A stretch of 64,000 bases of DNA, taken from the human T2T-CHM13v2.0 reference genome, Homo sapiens. Below are positions 13,398 to 29,198 of the stretch, in pieces. The notes under the pieces were generated by a model. It worked only from the letters and a program-made list of their open reading frames with translations, was not told where the DNA came from and searched no databases. The translations under genes were made by a program, and so were the position numbers. Location: the NCBI RefSeq assembly GCF_009914755.1, contig NC_060929.1; one strand, given 5' to 3'. How positions within the stretch are numbered: the first letter of the stretch is position 1; each line of letters starts with the position of its first letter.

Positions 13398-13552
13398 TTC
13401 TCCTTCTCTTTCTTTCTTTCTTTCTCTTTCTTTCTTTCTTTCTTTCTCTCTCTCTCCCTTCCTTCCTTCCTTTCTTTCCTCTTTCTTTCTTTCCCTCCCT
13501 CCCTCCCTCTCTCTTTTTCTTTCTTTCTTTCTCTTCTCTTTTTTTTTTTTTT
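13278..13552 (+). repeat. (TTCC)n/(TTTC)n compound polypyrimidine microsatellite (expanded Alu tail)
   Basis: Seen directly; abuts the tail of the minus-strand Alu. Confidence 0.95.
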
Positions 13553-13834
13553 GACAGAGTCTCTGTCTTGTCACCGAGGGTGGAGTGCAGCGGCACGATC
13601 TGGGCTCACTGCAACCTCTGCCTCCCAGGTTCCAGTGATTCTCAAGCCTCAGCCTCCTGAGTAGATGGGATTACATGCATGCATCACCATGCCCAGCTAT
13701 TTTTTTGTGTGTTTTTAGAAGAGACGGGGTTTCATCATGTTGGCCAGGCTGGTCTTGAACTCCTGACCTCAAGTGATCTGCCTGCCTTGGCCTCCCAAAG
13801 TGCTGAGATTACAGGCGTGAGCCACTGCGCCCAG
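13553..13834 (-). mobile_element. AluS
   Basis: Reverse-complement Alu dimer. Confidence 0.95.
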
Positions 13835-15236
13835 TCCCTCATTTTCATTCGCCAGCAAATTGTCTTGTTTACTCTTCTGACCTCCTGGGAACCCACCAGC
13901 CCCAGGATCTCTCTAATCAATAAATTAAATGCCTCCTCTTCTGAAACAGGAGCAATGATATTATCTCCGTTCTCTCTCACTCTCTCTCTTTCTCCTTTTC
14001 TACTAGCTTCCATTTCTGTAAGTCCAACAGATATCTACCTTCTGATTCCTAATATCAGCCATTAGGCTAGCTGACCTATTAACCTTTTCACAGTTGGCTT
14101 GCCTCTGCACCTGCTGTATCCATCATAGTTTTACATTTCCTGGAAACCAAAAGACTCTTAAAACATGTTTAGTAAATACTGTTTCCATTCTCCTAATGAT
14201 GCACATTCATGGCAAGTGACAAGTCTAATGTGCTCAGCTGGACCTAGTCATAATCTCTCTGAACCCCTTAGGTACAGCCCCGTGACTTCCCAGTTGCCAA
14301 ATATTTTCATCTCCCTTACCATGAGCATCTGGTTTCAGATGCATGGTTAAAGATATGACCAGACAGACAGAGAAGCACCTCAGCAGAGCTTCCTAAAACA
14401 CCTTCAGGATGGCAGGCATTGTGTATGCTCAATCTGCTGCTGCTATTATTAGAGTCACTTCATACTGACTAAGCTGTTATTGAGGAAGAAGTGGATTAAG
14501 ACTTATGGAGTCTGAGTGGTAAATGCATGATGCAGGGCTTTTAGGGCAAGATCGGTGGCATGCAGTTTTATTCAGCACCACACCTCAAATGCTCAGCAGG
14601 GCAACCTGTGTTAAGGGCACTCTCTAAGCAGCAACCAGGCAGTTCAAATGTTTGAATGACTCATCCTAATTGACCTTCTACTGCAGTCCAACCAGCCTCA
14701 GGGATGGGCAGTCTGGCAGCATGGTGCCACAAGATAGGAAGCATGGAGCAAAGGAGGGGAAGCAAGGCAGCTGACAAATGTCCACAGACTGGGCAGATGA
14801 GTCACATTGTCCCCCTGTGCCTCTGCTTCCCCATGAAGTTCAGGGACAAGAACACCTGCCTCCTATTTGTCTTCTGAGGTTGTTTTGAGGACTGGAGATA
14901 ATGTTGGCCAACTGCTTAGAACTCTGAAAATTGCTAGAGCAGAAATACAAATGGAATGTCAAATCACAGTGGACATTTTGAACCCTAGCCTCTCCAATAG
15001 ATAGAGGTGTGCCATTTAAGTCTTTAATTAATGCAATGTCATTACATGACAACCTAACTAGTAATTAGAGAGCCGTTAGATACAAAAAACTCAACTAAAT
15101 TGTGATGTGGCTGCTTCTCAAGTAGAGTCCTTATAGATGGGGGCAGAGAAAGAAAGAGCCCTTGAGAGGTGCATGCTGGACACTGTAATTTTTTGTAAAT
15201 GGTATCTGTTCAGAGTGGGTATGGAAGAAGAGCCCA

Positions 15237-15480
15237 GACCAGGTGCGGTGGCTCACGCCTGTAATCCCAGCACTTTGGGAGGCTGAGGTGGGTGGGTCAT
15301 TTGAGGTCCAGAGTTCAAGACCAGCCTGGCCAAACCTGTCTCTACTAAAAATACAAAAATTAGCCAGGTGTGGTGGCGTGCACCTGTAGTCTCAGCTACT
15401 CAGGAGGCTGAGGCAGGAGAATCACTTGAACCCAGGAGGCAGAGGTTGCAGTGAGCTGAGATCTTAAAAAAAAAATAAAA
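15237..15480 (+). mobile_element. AluS with internal and 3' deletions
   Basis: Alu body jumps from GAGATC directly to the A tail. Confidence 0.9.
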
Positions 15481-15979
15481 AGAGGAAAGAAGATCCCACC
15501 ACATTCCAACAGAGACAGCTGATGACAATCTACTTGATACTTGAGTTGGATCCAGAGTGGGGTGTGTACCTGCTGGCCATTTGCCATGGATCTGACTCAT
15601 GGACCTGACCTGTGCCCAAGTGAACAGGGAGCAGCACTGTGGGCAAAAAGCACACCCAAGTGAAGTCCCTAGATAGAGGTGGCTTCTCCAGAGAGAGAAT
15701 AAATAATGAATAAGAAAATTAGATATCTGGGCTTCATTTATTCCTACAGGAAACAGAAAAGAAAAATTGAGAAAAATTTACATCCTTAGAAGACTGCAAA
15801 GTAACTCACCTCTCTGAAGCAGAATCAGAAAACCATAGAACAGGTTGAGGTGGAAAGGCAATGGAATGAAAGGAAAAGGGAGATGAACTCGGATAGCAGA
15901 GTTAAAATTCATAATAGAGATAATGAGGAACAGAATTGGCAATGTGATGTCACCTTTCTCAAGGCAGTTTAGAACATGT

Positions 15980-16083
15980 TGCTGGGCATGGTGACACGTG
16001 CTTGTAGTCCTAGATACTTGGGAGACTCAGCTGGGAGGATTGCTTGAGCCTAGAAGTTCAAGACCAGCCTGGGCAACAAAAAA
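15980..16083 (+). mobile_element. FLAM/Alu monomer fragment
   Basis: GCTGGGCATGGTGACACG...GACCAGCCTGGGCAACA. Confidence 0.8.
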
Positions 16084-16486
16084 GAACATGTATTAATGTA
16101 CTTAAATACATATGTGGCCTTTTACCCAACAAGTCATTTCTAAAAATTTAATAAGAGGAAATAGCAGTACAAATTTGCAATGATATAATATATGGAATGT
16201 TAATCAGGGCTTTTACAGTAGAAAAATCAAACAGAAAAGAACCTGAGTGTCCACCAATAGAGAAGTAGTTAAATAAATTATGGTATTAAAAGATCATAAT
16301 ATTAATATGAAAATAATATGAAGCAACTATTAAACTAATTTATTTAGCACAGAAAGATATTTATTTAGCACATGCTATGTTATTAAAGAGATATAATGCA
16401 GGAAACAAAATAATACATAGAGTAAGATAGTGTTGTTTTTTTTTTTTAAAGTCTATGTGTGTATGAAGCATAGAAAAAGAAGTCCA

Positions 16487-16848
16487 GGCTGGGTGCGATG
16501 GCTCATGCCTGTAATCTCAGCACTTTGAGAAGCTGAGGTGGGAGGATCTCTTCAGCTCAGGAGTTCAAGACCAGTTTGGGCAACATAAGAAAACTTTGTC
16601 TGTACGAAAAATAAAAAATTAGCTGGGTGTGGTGGCACGCACTGTAGTGCTAGCTACTCAGGAGGCTAAGGTGGGAGAATTGCCTAAGCCCAGAAGGTTC
16701 AGGGTACAGTGAACCATGATTGCACACTGCACTCCAGCCTAGGCAACAAAGCAAGACCCTGTCTGAAAAAGAAGGAAAAGAAAGCAAAGCAAAACAAGAA
16801 AGCAAGGAAGGAAGAAAGAAAGGAAGAAAGGAAGAAAGGAAGGAAGTC
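16487..16848 (+). mobile_element. AluJ with GAAA/GGAA-rich tail
   Basis: Dimer with J-type GGAGGAT and GACCCTGTCT. Confidence 0.9.
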
Positions 16849-16857
16849 TGGAAAGAC

Positions 16858-17342
16858 TGCATTGTTCACTTTTGCTGCATAACAGACCACCCTAAAACTC
16901 AATGGCTTAAAAAATAACAACCATTTCTTTCATTCATCATTTTGCAGGGCAGCAATTTGGGCTGTGTTCAGCTGGGCCGTTCTTCTAGTCTTAGGCTCAT
17001 TCATGCATCTGTGGCCTGCAGCCGGTTGCCTGAAAACTGGTCCCACCAGTCTCTGCTCTACCTGGCCTCTCATTCCCCAGAAAACAAGGCTGGCTTTGTT
17101 CATAGAGTGTCCCCCAAGGTTCTGAGAGCAAGAGTGAATCCTGAGCTGATACCTGGTGTGCTACTTCTGCCACATTCTGTTGGCCAAAGTAAGTCACAAA
17201 GCTAGCTCCGATTCAAGAGGAGAGCAAATAGACTCTTCATATCTTGTATCTCTTGATATAAGGAACTGCCAGGTCACACGGCAAAGAGGTGTGAATTCAG
17301 GAGAGGAAATAATTGTGGCCATTTTTGCATATAATCTGACAC
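16858..17342 (-). mobile_element. MLT1-family MaLR LTR
   Basis: TGCTGCATAACAGACCACCCTAAAACTCAATGGCTTAAAA and CACATTCTGTTGGCCAAAGTAAGTCACAA motifs. Confidence 0.75.
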
Positions 17343-17534
17343 AAAGATACTATATTCTAAAATGTTAGCAGTGCATATTTGAGATATGAAATTACAGGTG
17401 ATTTTTATTTTATTATTTAAATGTTTCTGTGCTAGCAAAATTTTTATAATAAGCATGTATTACTTTTATTGCCAAAATCAAGTTATTTCTATCTTAAAAT
17501 TTTATTAAGAGGTTTTTTTTGGGGGGTGGGGGGA

Positions 17535-17834
17535 TTGTTTGTTTGTTTGTTTGAGCCAGAGTCTGGCCCTTTTGCCCGGGCTGGAGTACAGTGGCACAAT
17601 CTTAGCTCACTGCAACATTCACCTCCCAAGTTCAAGTGATTCTCCTGTCTCAGTCTCCTGAGTAGCCAGGACTACAGGTGCATGCCACCACACCCAGCTA
17701 ATTTTTGTAGTTTTAGTAGAGATGGGGGTTTCCCCATGTTGGCCAGGCTGGTCTTGAACTCCTACCTCAGGTGGTCTGCCCGCCTCGGCCTCCCACAGTG
17801 CTGGGATTACAGGCATAAGCCACTGCACCCAGCC
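17535..17834 (-). mobile_element. AluS
   Basis: Reverse-complement Alu dimer. Confidence 0.95.
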
Positions 17835-18504
17835 TAAGAGTTTTTAATGGCATTGCAAAATTATCACAATATACTCTTAAGTTTAAAAGCATGATAAAAA
17901 AAATCATGAAGTATATACATAATATATCCTAAAACATTAAAATATACAGAGAAAGGTCTAGAAAGAATTATAAAAATGTTAACAATGGTACTGTTTGGAT
18001 GTAGGGTTATGAGTATTTTTATATTTTAATAAACTTTCTAAATTTTCTGCAATTAAAAGGAATTAATAATTAGAAAAAAGCAAAAAAGCAAAAAATAAAG
18101 TTTTTTAAAAGGGACATTTAAAGAAGGCTGGGCATTAATGTTCAGAAGACATCCTGGAAACAAAAATAATATGCCACACACCGAGAATGATTAACTCATT
18201 TCTCTGCACCTACAGCCTAATGATAGGAAGATATTTTTTGCTGAAAAACAATGATGAGCTTGTTTGTCTACTTATACAGAAGTATTCAGAAAATGTCACT
18301 AATGTGGATTTGAAGAAAATTACAGTGTAAATCCACATTCTCCAACACAATAGAAACTCGCTATTTTATAGTTGTTGGCACTGCCCAGTTAATAATATAG
18401 CTTCTGCTATATTGGTTTATTACATCCGTTTCTAACTGATTGGTACTCCAGGCGCAGGAGTGATTGATTGACACCATTAACCTCTAACAGAGTGATCTCA
18501 GAGA

Positions 18505-18665
18505 AAGGCAGACTAGGGTAGGGCAAGAAAGACATCTAGGGCACAAAATTTAAGGAGGCACTCCTTTTTAAGGCCAACTCTATACTTGCATGACCCTGGG
18601 AGTGAATGTTCCCTTAAATTTTGCTTCCTAGGTATCTCTCTCTCCTCACTCTGATCCCAACCATG
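18505..18665. mobile_element. MER91-like hAT MITE
   Basis: GACTAGGGTAGGGCAAG...CTAGGGCACAAAATTTAAGGAGGCACTC. Confidence 0.6.
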
Positions 18666-18744
18666 TCTTAGAGAACTGGTCTTACCTTTCTTAACCAGAA
18701 CAGAAGTACTCTCCAATTGTGTTTTTCATGCTACGGTACTGACA

Positions 18745-19100
18745 GTGTCTTAGCTGAGGCTCCCAAAAAAAAGAGCCTGAAGCAGAGGCCTTATGCATGG
18801 GTACCTTACCAGGAAATGCAATTCCAAAGAGCAGGAGTAAAGCTCCAGGGCAGAGAAGCAGAGAAGGAGAAAGGACCAATACCAAGATGATGTATCAAGC
18901 TGACCACCAATAAACACAACTGATTTCCCAAGCCATAAGATTGTACCCCTGCGAAACCACATACACACCATCTCAGCATCATCTTGGGGAAGGAAAGGAA
19001 ACAAAGGAAGAATTTATCCATTGACTCCCATCTTTCATTGGTCAAAATTTCTCCCTCAGGAGCATCAACTCCCCCACACTGCCAGGTCACACTTGAGCAG
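18745..19100 (-). mobile_element. Old MLT1 (I/J-like) LTR fragment
   Basis: TGTCTTAGCTGAGGCTCCC...AGAGCCTGAAGC start; degraded. Confidence 0.5.
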
Positions 19101-19764
19101 TATCACTCTCAGATCCAGACAAGAAGGACCGCTGCCCGGGGCTTCATGCTTCGGTTGTAGATCACAAACCCTGCCTCTCATCAGTATACATACAGAGAAA
19201 AATCAAAGAGCATGTCTCACTTGGAATCCTGCCATCAGCACTGGCATGGCACAACCTCTAACCCTAAACACCTGCTCCTATGAGTAACACTCTTCTGGTC
19301 CCAGGGGAATACATCTTCTCATGGCTCTTCCATCCTCCAAACAAAAGCCAGCTGTGTCAAAATACCAAGAAGATTTGTAGAGTGTTCCACCACTGACATT
19401 GGAGGCCAGTGCCTTTTAGGAGTTCAGGACAGATTTGAGCAGCAGATCTGCTTAGGTAACAAAAAAGACTGATTTGTTAGTTTGTCAAATCCTTCTCAGA
19501 GAGCATGAAAGCAACAAATTTTCCATAGTGAAGCATGTCCCAATAGCACCAAGCATTCTTATTTTTTTGGTGTGTTCCAATTAATGGTTCTGGAGTAACT
19601 GACGAATTAATGCTGTATTCACAATTGCATATGGTGGCAGAGGCACATTTTGTAACACCGAATAAATCGTTTTACTCTTAAATGTGTATTATCCCTCAGA
19701 TCTGAATCCACCTATATTTTTTTTTGTGAGGCGTTACTGAAGCTCTGCAAACTACATTTTTACT

Positions 19765-20198
19765 TTCTGCCAATAGGGCATGCTAGAGGGAGACTGCAAG
19801 GCCAGAGAAGGGAGGGGCTGGCTCCTCCCCCTGTTTACTGGATGTTCCTGTTGGCAACAGCCCCACAATAGCCCTTCAACATGGCTGGAACTGCCACTGC
19901 TTGTCCAGTGTCCAGCTATTTTGCGCAGTCCCAGAACCAGCCTCATGACACCCCTTTGGAGACATCAGCACTACCCAGGCAACGCCTCCTGTTCAAAATC
20001 CGTGCCCCAGTTCTGCAGGGTTCTGAGCTTCTAGTTTCTTCTTTCTGCAGATGATGGCTTCTGCAGATACTATGTGCATGTACCTTCATGTCACCTTTTC
20101 ATTTTTTTAGTCCTCTGATACCTGTTCAACCAATCCCTTAATTTTTGCTGTGAAAACAACTAGTGTGGCTTCTGTTTTCCTAACTGCCCCGATCAACA
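19765..20198 (+). mobile_element. LTR33-like ERVL LTR
   Basis: GCTAGAGGGAGACTGCAAGGC...CCTTTGGAGACATCAGC...AACTAGTGTGGCTTCTGTTTTCCT. Confidence 0.6.
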
Positions 20199-20479
20199 CT
20201 GTGGATCTAAATGTGGGAAGCAAGCAACATGACAATTCTTTACAGTGCAACTACGTGGACAGAGTGCACTGGGATTGTGAATGGCTTTATTTTCCAAACT
20301 TATTTCATATAAGAGCTAATTAAACTGTTAACGAATTGAATAAACTTCCATTTTATTAAGATACTTTAAGTTTGCATTTTTTATATTAATGCATTATGAT
20401 TTGAATTGATTTGGTCTTCTAGTTTTAATAAATGGTCTTGAATATTTTAGAAGAAAAAATACCTTATTTTAAAAACATA

Positions 20480-20869
20480 TTATTTTAGAGTTCGCCACAG
20501 AGAGAGAGAGAGACAGAAAGAGATTTATTTCAAGAAATGGGCTCAGGCGATTGTGGGGGCTGGCAAGTCTGAAATCTGTAGGTCAGGCCAGCAAGGCTGG
20601 AAGCTCTTGGGCAGGATTGATGCTGCAGTCTTGAGGCAGAATTTCTTCTTGATGGAAACCTCAGTTTTTGCTCTTTAAAGGTCTTTCAGCAGGTTGGATG
20701 AGGCCTACTAACATTATCAAGGGTCGTCTCTTTTACTTAAAAGTCAACTGATTGTAGACATTAACCACATCTACACAATACCTTCACAATAACACCTAGA
20801 TTAGTGTTCACTTGAATAACTGGCTAGTATAGCCTAGCCAAGATGATACATAAAATTAACCATCTCACA
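20480..20869 (-). mobile_element. MLT2 (HERV-L) LTR
   Basis: GATTGTGGGGGCTGGCAAGTCTGAAATCTGTAGG...CATAAAATTAACCATC. Confidence 0.85.
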
Positions 20870-22235
20870 TATATAAAATAATTTTTTATTTTTGAAAATT
20901 CACTTTATATTTTTGTAAATATATTCAAAGTTTATGTACTTGAAAGCTGTTATATTTTATTTAGAAATAATACAAAAGTAGAGCTCAGAAAAAAAACAAA
21001 CGGCTTACCCACACCAAAATGTTGGCCTGCTGGTTAACCTCTTCTGCCTCAACACTACCTCCTGCCTCCACAGACCCATCCCTAACATTTACAGGGCCTG
21101 AGGCAAGCGTACACCTGAAGCTTACTCACATTTTCTTTTTAATCAATAATTGTAACCTCCATTTGGTACAAAATTTGCAGTTGCAGAAATTTTATCTATT
21201 TGTTCAAGTTGTGTGGTTGTGTGTTTGATGAGAATAATTTTCTTGCTCATTTTCATTGTTTTTGATGAGTAATTAAATCTTTGTTAAACTTAGAATTTGT
21301 AATGTAATGTCTTGTTTGCTAATTTTATGATGATCATACTCAACTGAAGGCTGGTTATTTTCATTGTTTTCAGGTTTTGAAATTTAAGTAGATCGCAATC
21401 TCTTTGAGGATTTCCCATTTTGGAAAATCTTGAATACTTTTGCTCAGCATGCTCTAATTTGGCAATGTCCCTTAAACATGTGGTGAACAGAGTATAAAAA
21501 CATTTATGGCCCTTGGTATATTCTGTCAAATTGCTTTATAAAAACTCATAATCACTTATGTGAATACTTTCATTTATTAAGTTTTTTGGCAGATTTGGTC
21601 AACCAAATTGATGGTAGGCCAAAAATGATACCTCGTTTTTGTTTCAATTATTGGTGAGATGGGCAAAACAGTTTCTCAATGTGTACTGAAACCAATAATT
21701 TGTATCACAAGGCATATGAGTATTTATAATTCCTGGCCAAGTAATTCTACCTGTCAATTTATTCTAAGGAAATAATCTGTACTAAGTATAAAAATTTTTT
21801 TTCTAGAGTTAATGATGTTGGAAAAGTGAAACCAATGTTCAATTCTTGGGAACTTATTGTTTAATTATAATAAATTTATTTATCAACTTTATGCAGTCCC
21901 TAAAAATTACCACTATATTAAGGCTATACACCATCATGGGGTGGCAGGGTGGAGGAAACGGGCAGGGAGACTCATAAGGGAAAAACAAGAAACACAAAAA
22001 ACTCAAGATACTAATTAACTGGACATTTTAAGTACAGTGAAATTTTAAAGGGTGCATTAAAAAGGCTAGAAGGAAATTCATCAGAATATTACTGGTAGTT
22101 ATATTTAGGGTCACAGGATTACAAGCATTTTCTTCTTCAATTGCCGTACAAAATTTTCTATAAAAGGGTTCTATAACGTTTTCATTGGAAATAAAAGTTT
22201 TTTTTTTTTTAAAGACTCCTTATACCCCACCAAAA

Positions 22236-22524
22236 CTTTTTTTTTTTTTTCTGAGATGGAGTTTTGCTCTTATTGTCCAGGCTTCATGATCTCGGCTCAC
22301 TGCAACCTTTGCCTCTGAGGTTCAAGTGACTCTCCTGCCTCAGCCTCCCAAGTAACTGGGATTACAGGCACCCACCACCACACCTGGCTAATTTTGTATT
22401 TTTAGTAGAGATGGGGGTTTCATTATGTTGGCCAGGCTGGTCTCGAACTCCTGACCTCAAGTGATCCACCCTCCTCGGCCTCCCAAAGTGCTGGAATTAC
22501 AGGCGTGAGCCAACACACCCGACC
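22236..22524 (-). mobile_element. AluS (Sq/Sp-like)
   Basis: Reverse Alu; TSD CCCACC(C)AAAACTTT on both sides. Confidence 0.95.
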
Positions 22525-23329
22525 CCACCCAAACTTTGAACTCATAAAAAATCTGTATTATATAGAGCTAAATGAAATATTCAACTTTCATCACTTTCTT
22601 AGGATAACTTTGTTTCACAGAATTATTTACTGTGAAGGTAGAGACCATGGGACGAGGACTCCATCAGATTTTCTTTCACGACCTCCAAACGTCTTTGTGT
22701 ACTGGGTGGTCCGTTCCTGCTGTCTTAGAGAAATATCCTGCCCATTTTCCAAAAGTAAGTCTCCCATTTCTCCTTAGTTTAACTTTCGGCTTTCTCACAA
22801 AACTTTGCACCATTAATTCTGGCCTCTCTTGTGCATTTGCCTCAATTTTCACTGGATCCTTCCCTAAAGGGTAATGATGTTGAGCCTCTTCTTGTGTGCT
22901 TACTGGCCATTTGTATTTCTTCTTTAGAATCCTTTGCCCATTTTTTAATTGGGTTGTCTTCTAATTTTTTAGTTGTAAGAGTTTTTAATAATTCTGGATA
23001 TAAGTCCCACACTTGCCACAGCACTGTCAGCTGATCCTACAGGAAGCTCTAGAGCTGGAATAGCCCTTCAGAGTTGTTCTGTATTGAGGCAAGAGGGGTT
23101 GTGCTTCTCTAGTCATTGGAGGTAGGCTCTACCAGGGATGAGGGGAAGTAACCATGGCAATTCAGCTCTCTTCTGCCAGGACATTCCCCAGAAAGGGATG
23201 GAGCTGTAAGCAGTCGTCAATCAACACCTCCCTCCTTCAGCTGGGGAAATGAGTGCCTCCGTCCTGAACGGGAAATCTGGGCTGGATGGTGCATACCAAA
23301 GCAACTGCTACAGCTCGACTGTTCCAACG

Positions 23330-24343
<1,014 letters not shown>

Positions 24344-24660
24344 AGCTCATTGGCATATTAATAATTCTGGGATAGTCTGTAGGTTAAAAAAAAGATTTAA
24401 CTTTGCTTAACCAGTTCTTCCTCAATTTATTTGACCATGGAGCCTCATTTTATAGACCCTACTTTTTCCTCCCACACAATACCTGTTAGTACCCTTTGAA
24501 AACACTCTTTGGGGAACAGTACTCAAATCCTTATTCCTCTGTGCTCTGAGGCTGCACTCCTAAGTCCCTGATGGCAGGATAGGCTACATCATGTGTAGGG
24601 CCTAGTACAAAACCAAAGTGTGGGGTTCCCTGTTCAAAAGCTACTAAGAATTTTAAGGCA

Positions 24661-24800
24661 GGCCAGGCATGGTGGCTTATGCTTGTAATCCCAGCACTTT
24701 GGGAGGCTAACGCAGGAGGATTGCTTTAGGCCAGGAGTTCAAAACACCAGCATAAGTGACATAGGGAGACCCCATCTCTTCCAAAAAAAAAAAAAAAAAA
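24661..24800 (+). mobile_element. FLAM-type Alu monomer
   Basis: Left-monomer sequence with A tail; TTAAGGCAGG / TCAAGGCAGG flanks. Confidence 0.85.
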
Positions 24801-25534
24801 TCAAGGCAGGAGCAGTAGAGCATTAGCCACTCATGGTTCCTCTGTGCACAGATCGTGTGCCCGTGAAGCCAGCCCGACCTGATGGACTCTCTCCTACTGT
24901 GTTTTCTATCTCAAGAATGACATCATCATCTATAGTGTCTCTGACTATCACTCTTGACTTTTCTTCTCTCTCTCTCCTAACAGCCAGTAAATCACCAGGT
25001 CCTGAATTCTCCCACTTAAATACCTCTCAAACTTGTCCACACCTCTTTATCTCCCCTGCCAGCCTTCCTAATGCAGGCTGACATCACCCTCACCTAGATT
25101 GCTTCAGCTTCCCCCACTCACTACTGCCAGCTCCCTCCTCCACTAAGCCTGCCAGGATATCTTTCTCAGGAAGCAAATCTCATCATGATTCCTGCCTCTC
25201 CTCCCTATCTGTCCCACCACGCTTGCAACAACACCTCAATGGTACTCCTTGCTTTGGGGATAAAGTGTAAACTCTTTAACATGGCTCATAGGATGCTTAC
25301 TGCTGACTCTTCAAGTCTCACCTCTCACCATGACTGTTTTCCTCCTGGGGCCATTTTTTTCTCCTCTGTCCTCCATGTATCATAAGGTAGAGCCTCAGGT
25401 GTAGAGTCAGACATCATTAAAAAAAAAAAGGTCTCACAGGAGAATGGGACCAGCTGTACAGCAGGGACTCGCTGGCTGTGGCACATGGCCTGAGGACCCA
25501 CAGCTGCTCTCCTGGTGGGCATAGGGTGGGGACA

Positions 25535-25660
25535 AGGGCAGCACAGTGCAGTGGCTGAAAGCAGGGCTCAAGAACCAGGCTGCCAAGACACTTAACACTT
25601 TTCCACCTCAGTTTCCTCATCTGTAAAAATGGGAATAATAAACATATCTACCTTAAATTA
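25535..25660 (+). mobile_element. MIR
   Basis: Core CCTCAGTTTCCTCATCTGTAAAAATGGGAATAATA. Confidence 0.8.
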
Positions 25661-26205
25661 TGGATGAAATGTGGACATTCCCTGGCAAGCAACCAGCCCC
25701 ATGTAAGCATTCTGGCACAGCTCAAATTCATGCCTGCTTCTTTCCATTCCTGTCAGCCAACTACTTTTCCACTAGTGTTTCTCATGCTCATGTCCTCCAC
25801 TCATGGTTTCTTCCTCAGGCCTGGACTCCCCCATAGCGTCTGCATGTTGCTTTCCCTCTGTATGAGCGTTGCTTCTACTCCAGTGTGTCAGCAACACAGC
25901 TCTCTCTTGAAACTTTCTGAACTCCTCAACAGAAAGAATCTGATTTGTCCAGAAAATCACTGCAGCGCCCGCGGGGCCAACTTACTGCAATCAGCTGAAG
26001 CAGGCACATGTGGATAACAGCACGACTGAAAACCACCACCTGGGATTGCTTCCACCTGTGGGGTTCAGGCGAAAAACCTCTCAGAGGGCTTGGCTGGGTG
26101 GAGCTGGCATTCTGGGTCAGAACCCATTCAGCATTCCCATGGGCTTGAAGCTCTGTGCTATCTCCACCTTATATCAGTGCCTTCCCTACCGTTCCAATTC
26201 TTCCC

Positions 26206-26531
26206 TTTATTATTTATTTATTTACTTATTTATTATTATTATTTTTGAGACAGTATCTCACTCTGTTGCCCAGACCTGAGCACAGTGGTGCCATCTCAGC
26301 TCACTGCAACCTCTGCCACCTTTCAGGTTCAAGTGATCTTCCCACCTCAGCATCCCCAGTAGCTGGAATCACAGGCACCCACAACCACGCCTGGCTAATT
26401 TTTGTGTTTTTAGTAGAGACAGGGTTTCACCATGTTGACCAGGCTGGTCTCGAACTCCTGGCCTCAAGTGATCCACCCGCCTCAGCCTCCCAAAGTGCTG
26501 GAATTACAGGCCTGAGCCACTGCACTTGGCC
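26206..26531 (-). mobile_element. Alu (J/S)
   Basis: Reverse Alu with TTTA tail. Confidence 0.93.
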
Positions 26532-26547
26532 TTTATCTTCTTTTTTA

Positions 26548-26858
<311 letters not shown>

Positions 26859-27529
26859 TTTTGTTTTCATATATTTTGTATAGAAAAAGCATGCATTACC
26901 TTCTTTTTTAAAATACTTCTAATCAGTCTACATTAACTTCTGTGAAAATACTGCCTGCATTTTGGGGTAAAAAAATTCTAAAAACAATTTCAGTAATATA
27001 AGAAATATCCAACTTAAATAACAAAGAACTACATCCAAATTACTGCTGCACTAGTTATTTCCACGTTTTCCATGTTTTTAAAATAACCATCTTACTTGGT
27101 ACTATACACTCAAAGAGTAATTGTGAAAAGTCAGACAATTCAATGTGCCTCTAAAATCTCATTGAAAATGTATTGGCACTGGCTCAATTATAGGTGCACT
27201 TGCAGTAACAGAATGTGAATAAACTTCTTTTATACCATGTGAGAAAGTAAAACTTATGATTTATTAAAATATATATACACTAAATTTTAAACTATCCAGA
27301 TATGCTGTATGGAACAGAAAGTAGAAATGATTTTATATAATAAGACGTGTGTCCTTGTCAGTTCATACATTCATTTCACATCTGAATACTGAAAGACAAT
27401 TAAAAAGCACATTTAGTATTGCACCCTTTCATGTTTGTTTCTTTCCCACACTTTTCTCTCCAAAATCTTATTATGAATAATCTCAAAAATGTAGAAAAGT
27501 TGAAAGGATCATCCAGTGGTCACCCATAC

Positions 27530-29170
<1,641 letters not shown>

Positions 29171-29198
29171 TTATTATGGTTGTGTTTTGTATGTGCAC

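Noticed and set aside
13264-13596. K/E/R-rich ORFs (also 47762-48461 and 55572-55929)
   Set aside because: Simple repeats lacking stop codons; no coding signal.
25955-25995. CpG-dense CAGCGCCCGCGGGGCCAA as a CTCF site
   Set aside because: About 5 mismatches to the 14-bp core CCACCAGGGGGCGC, and too short for a CpG island.
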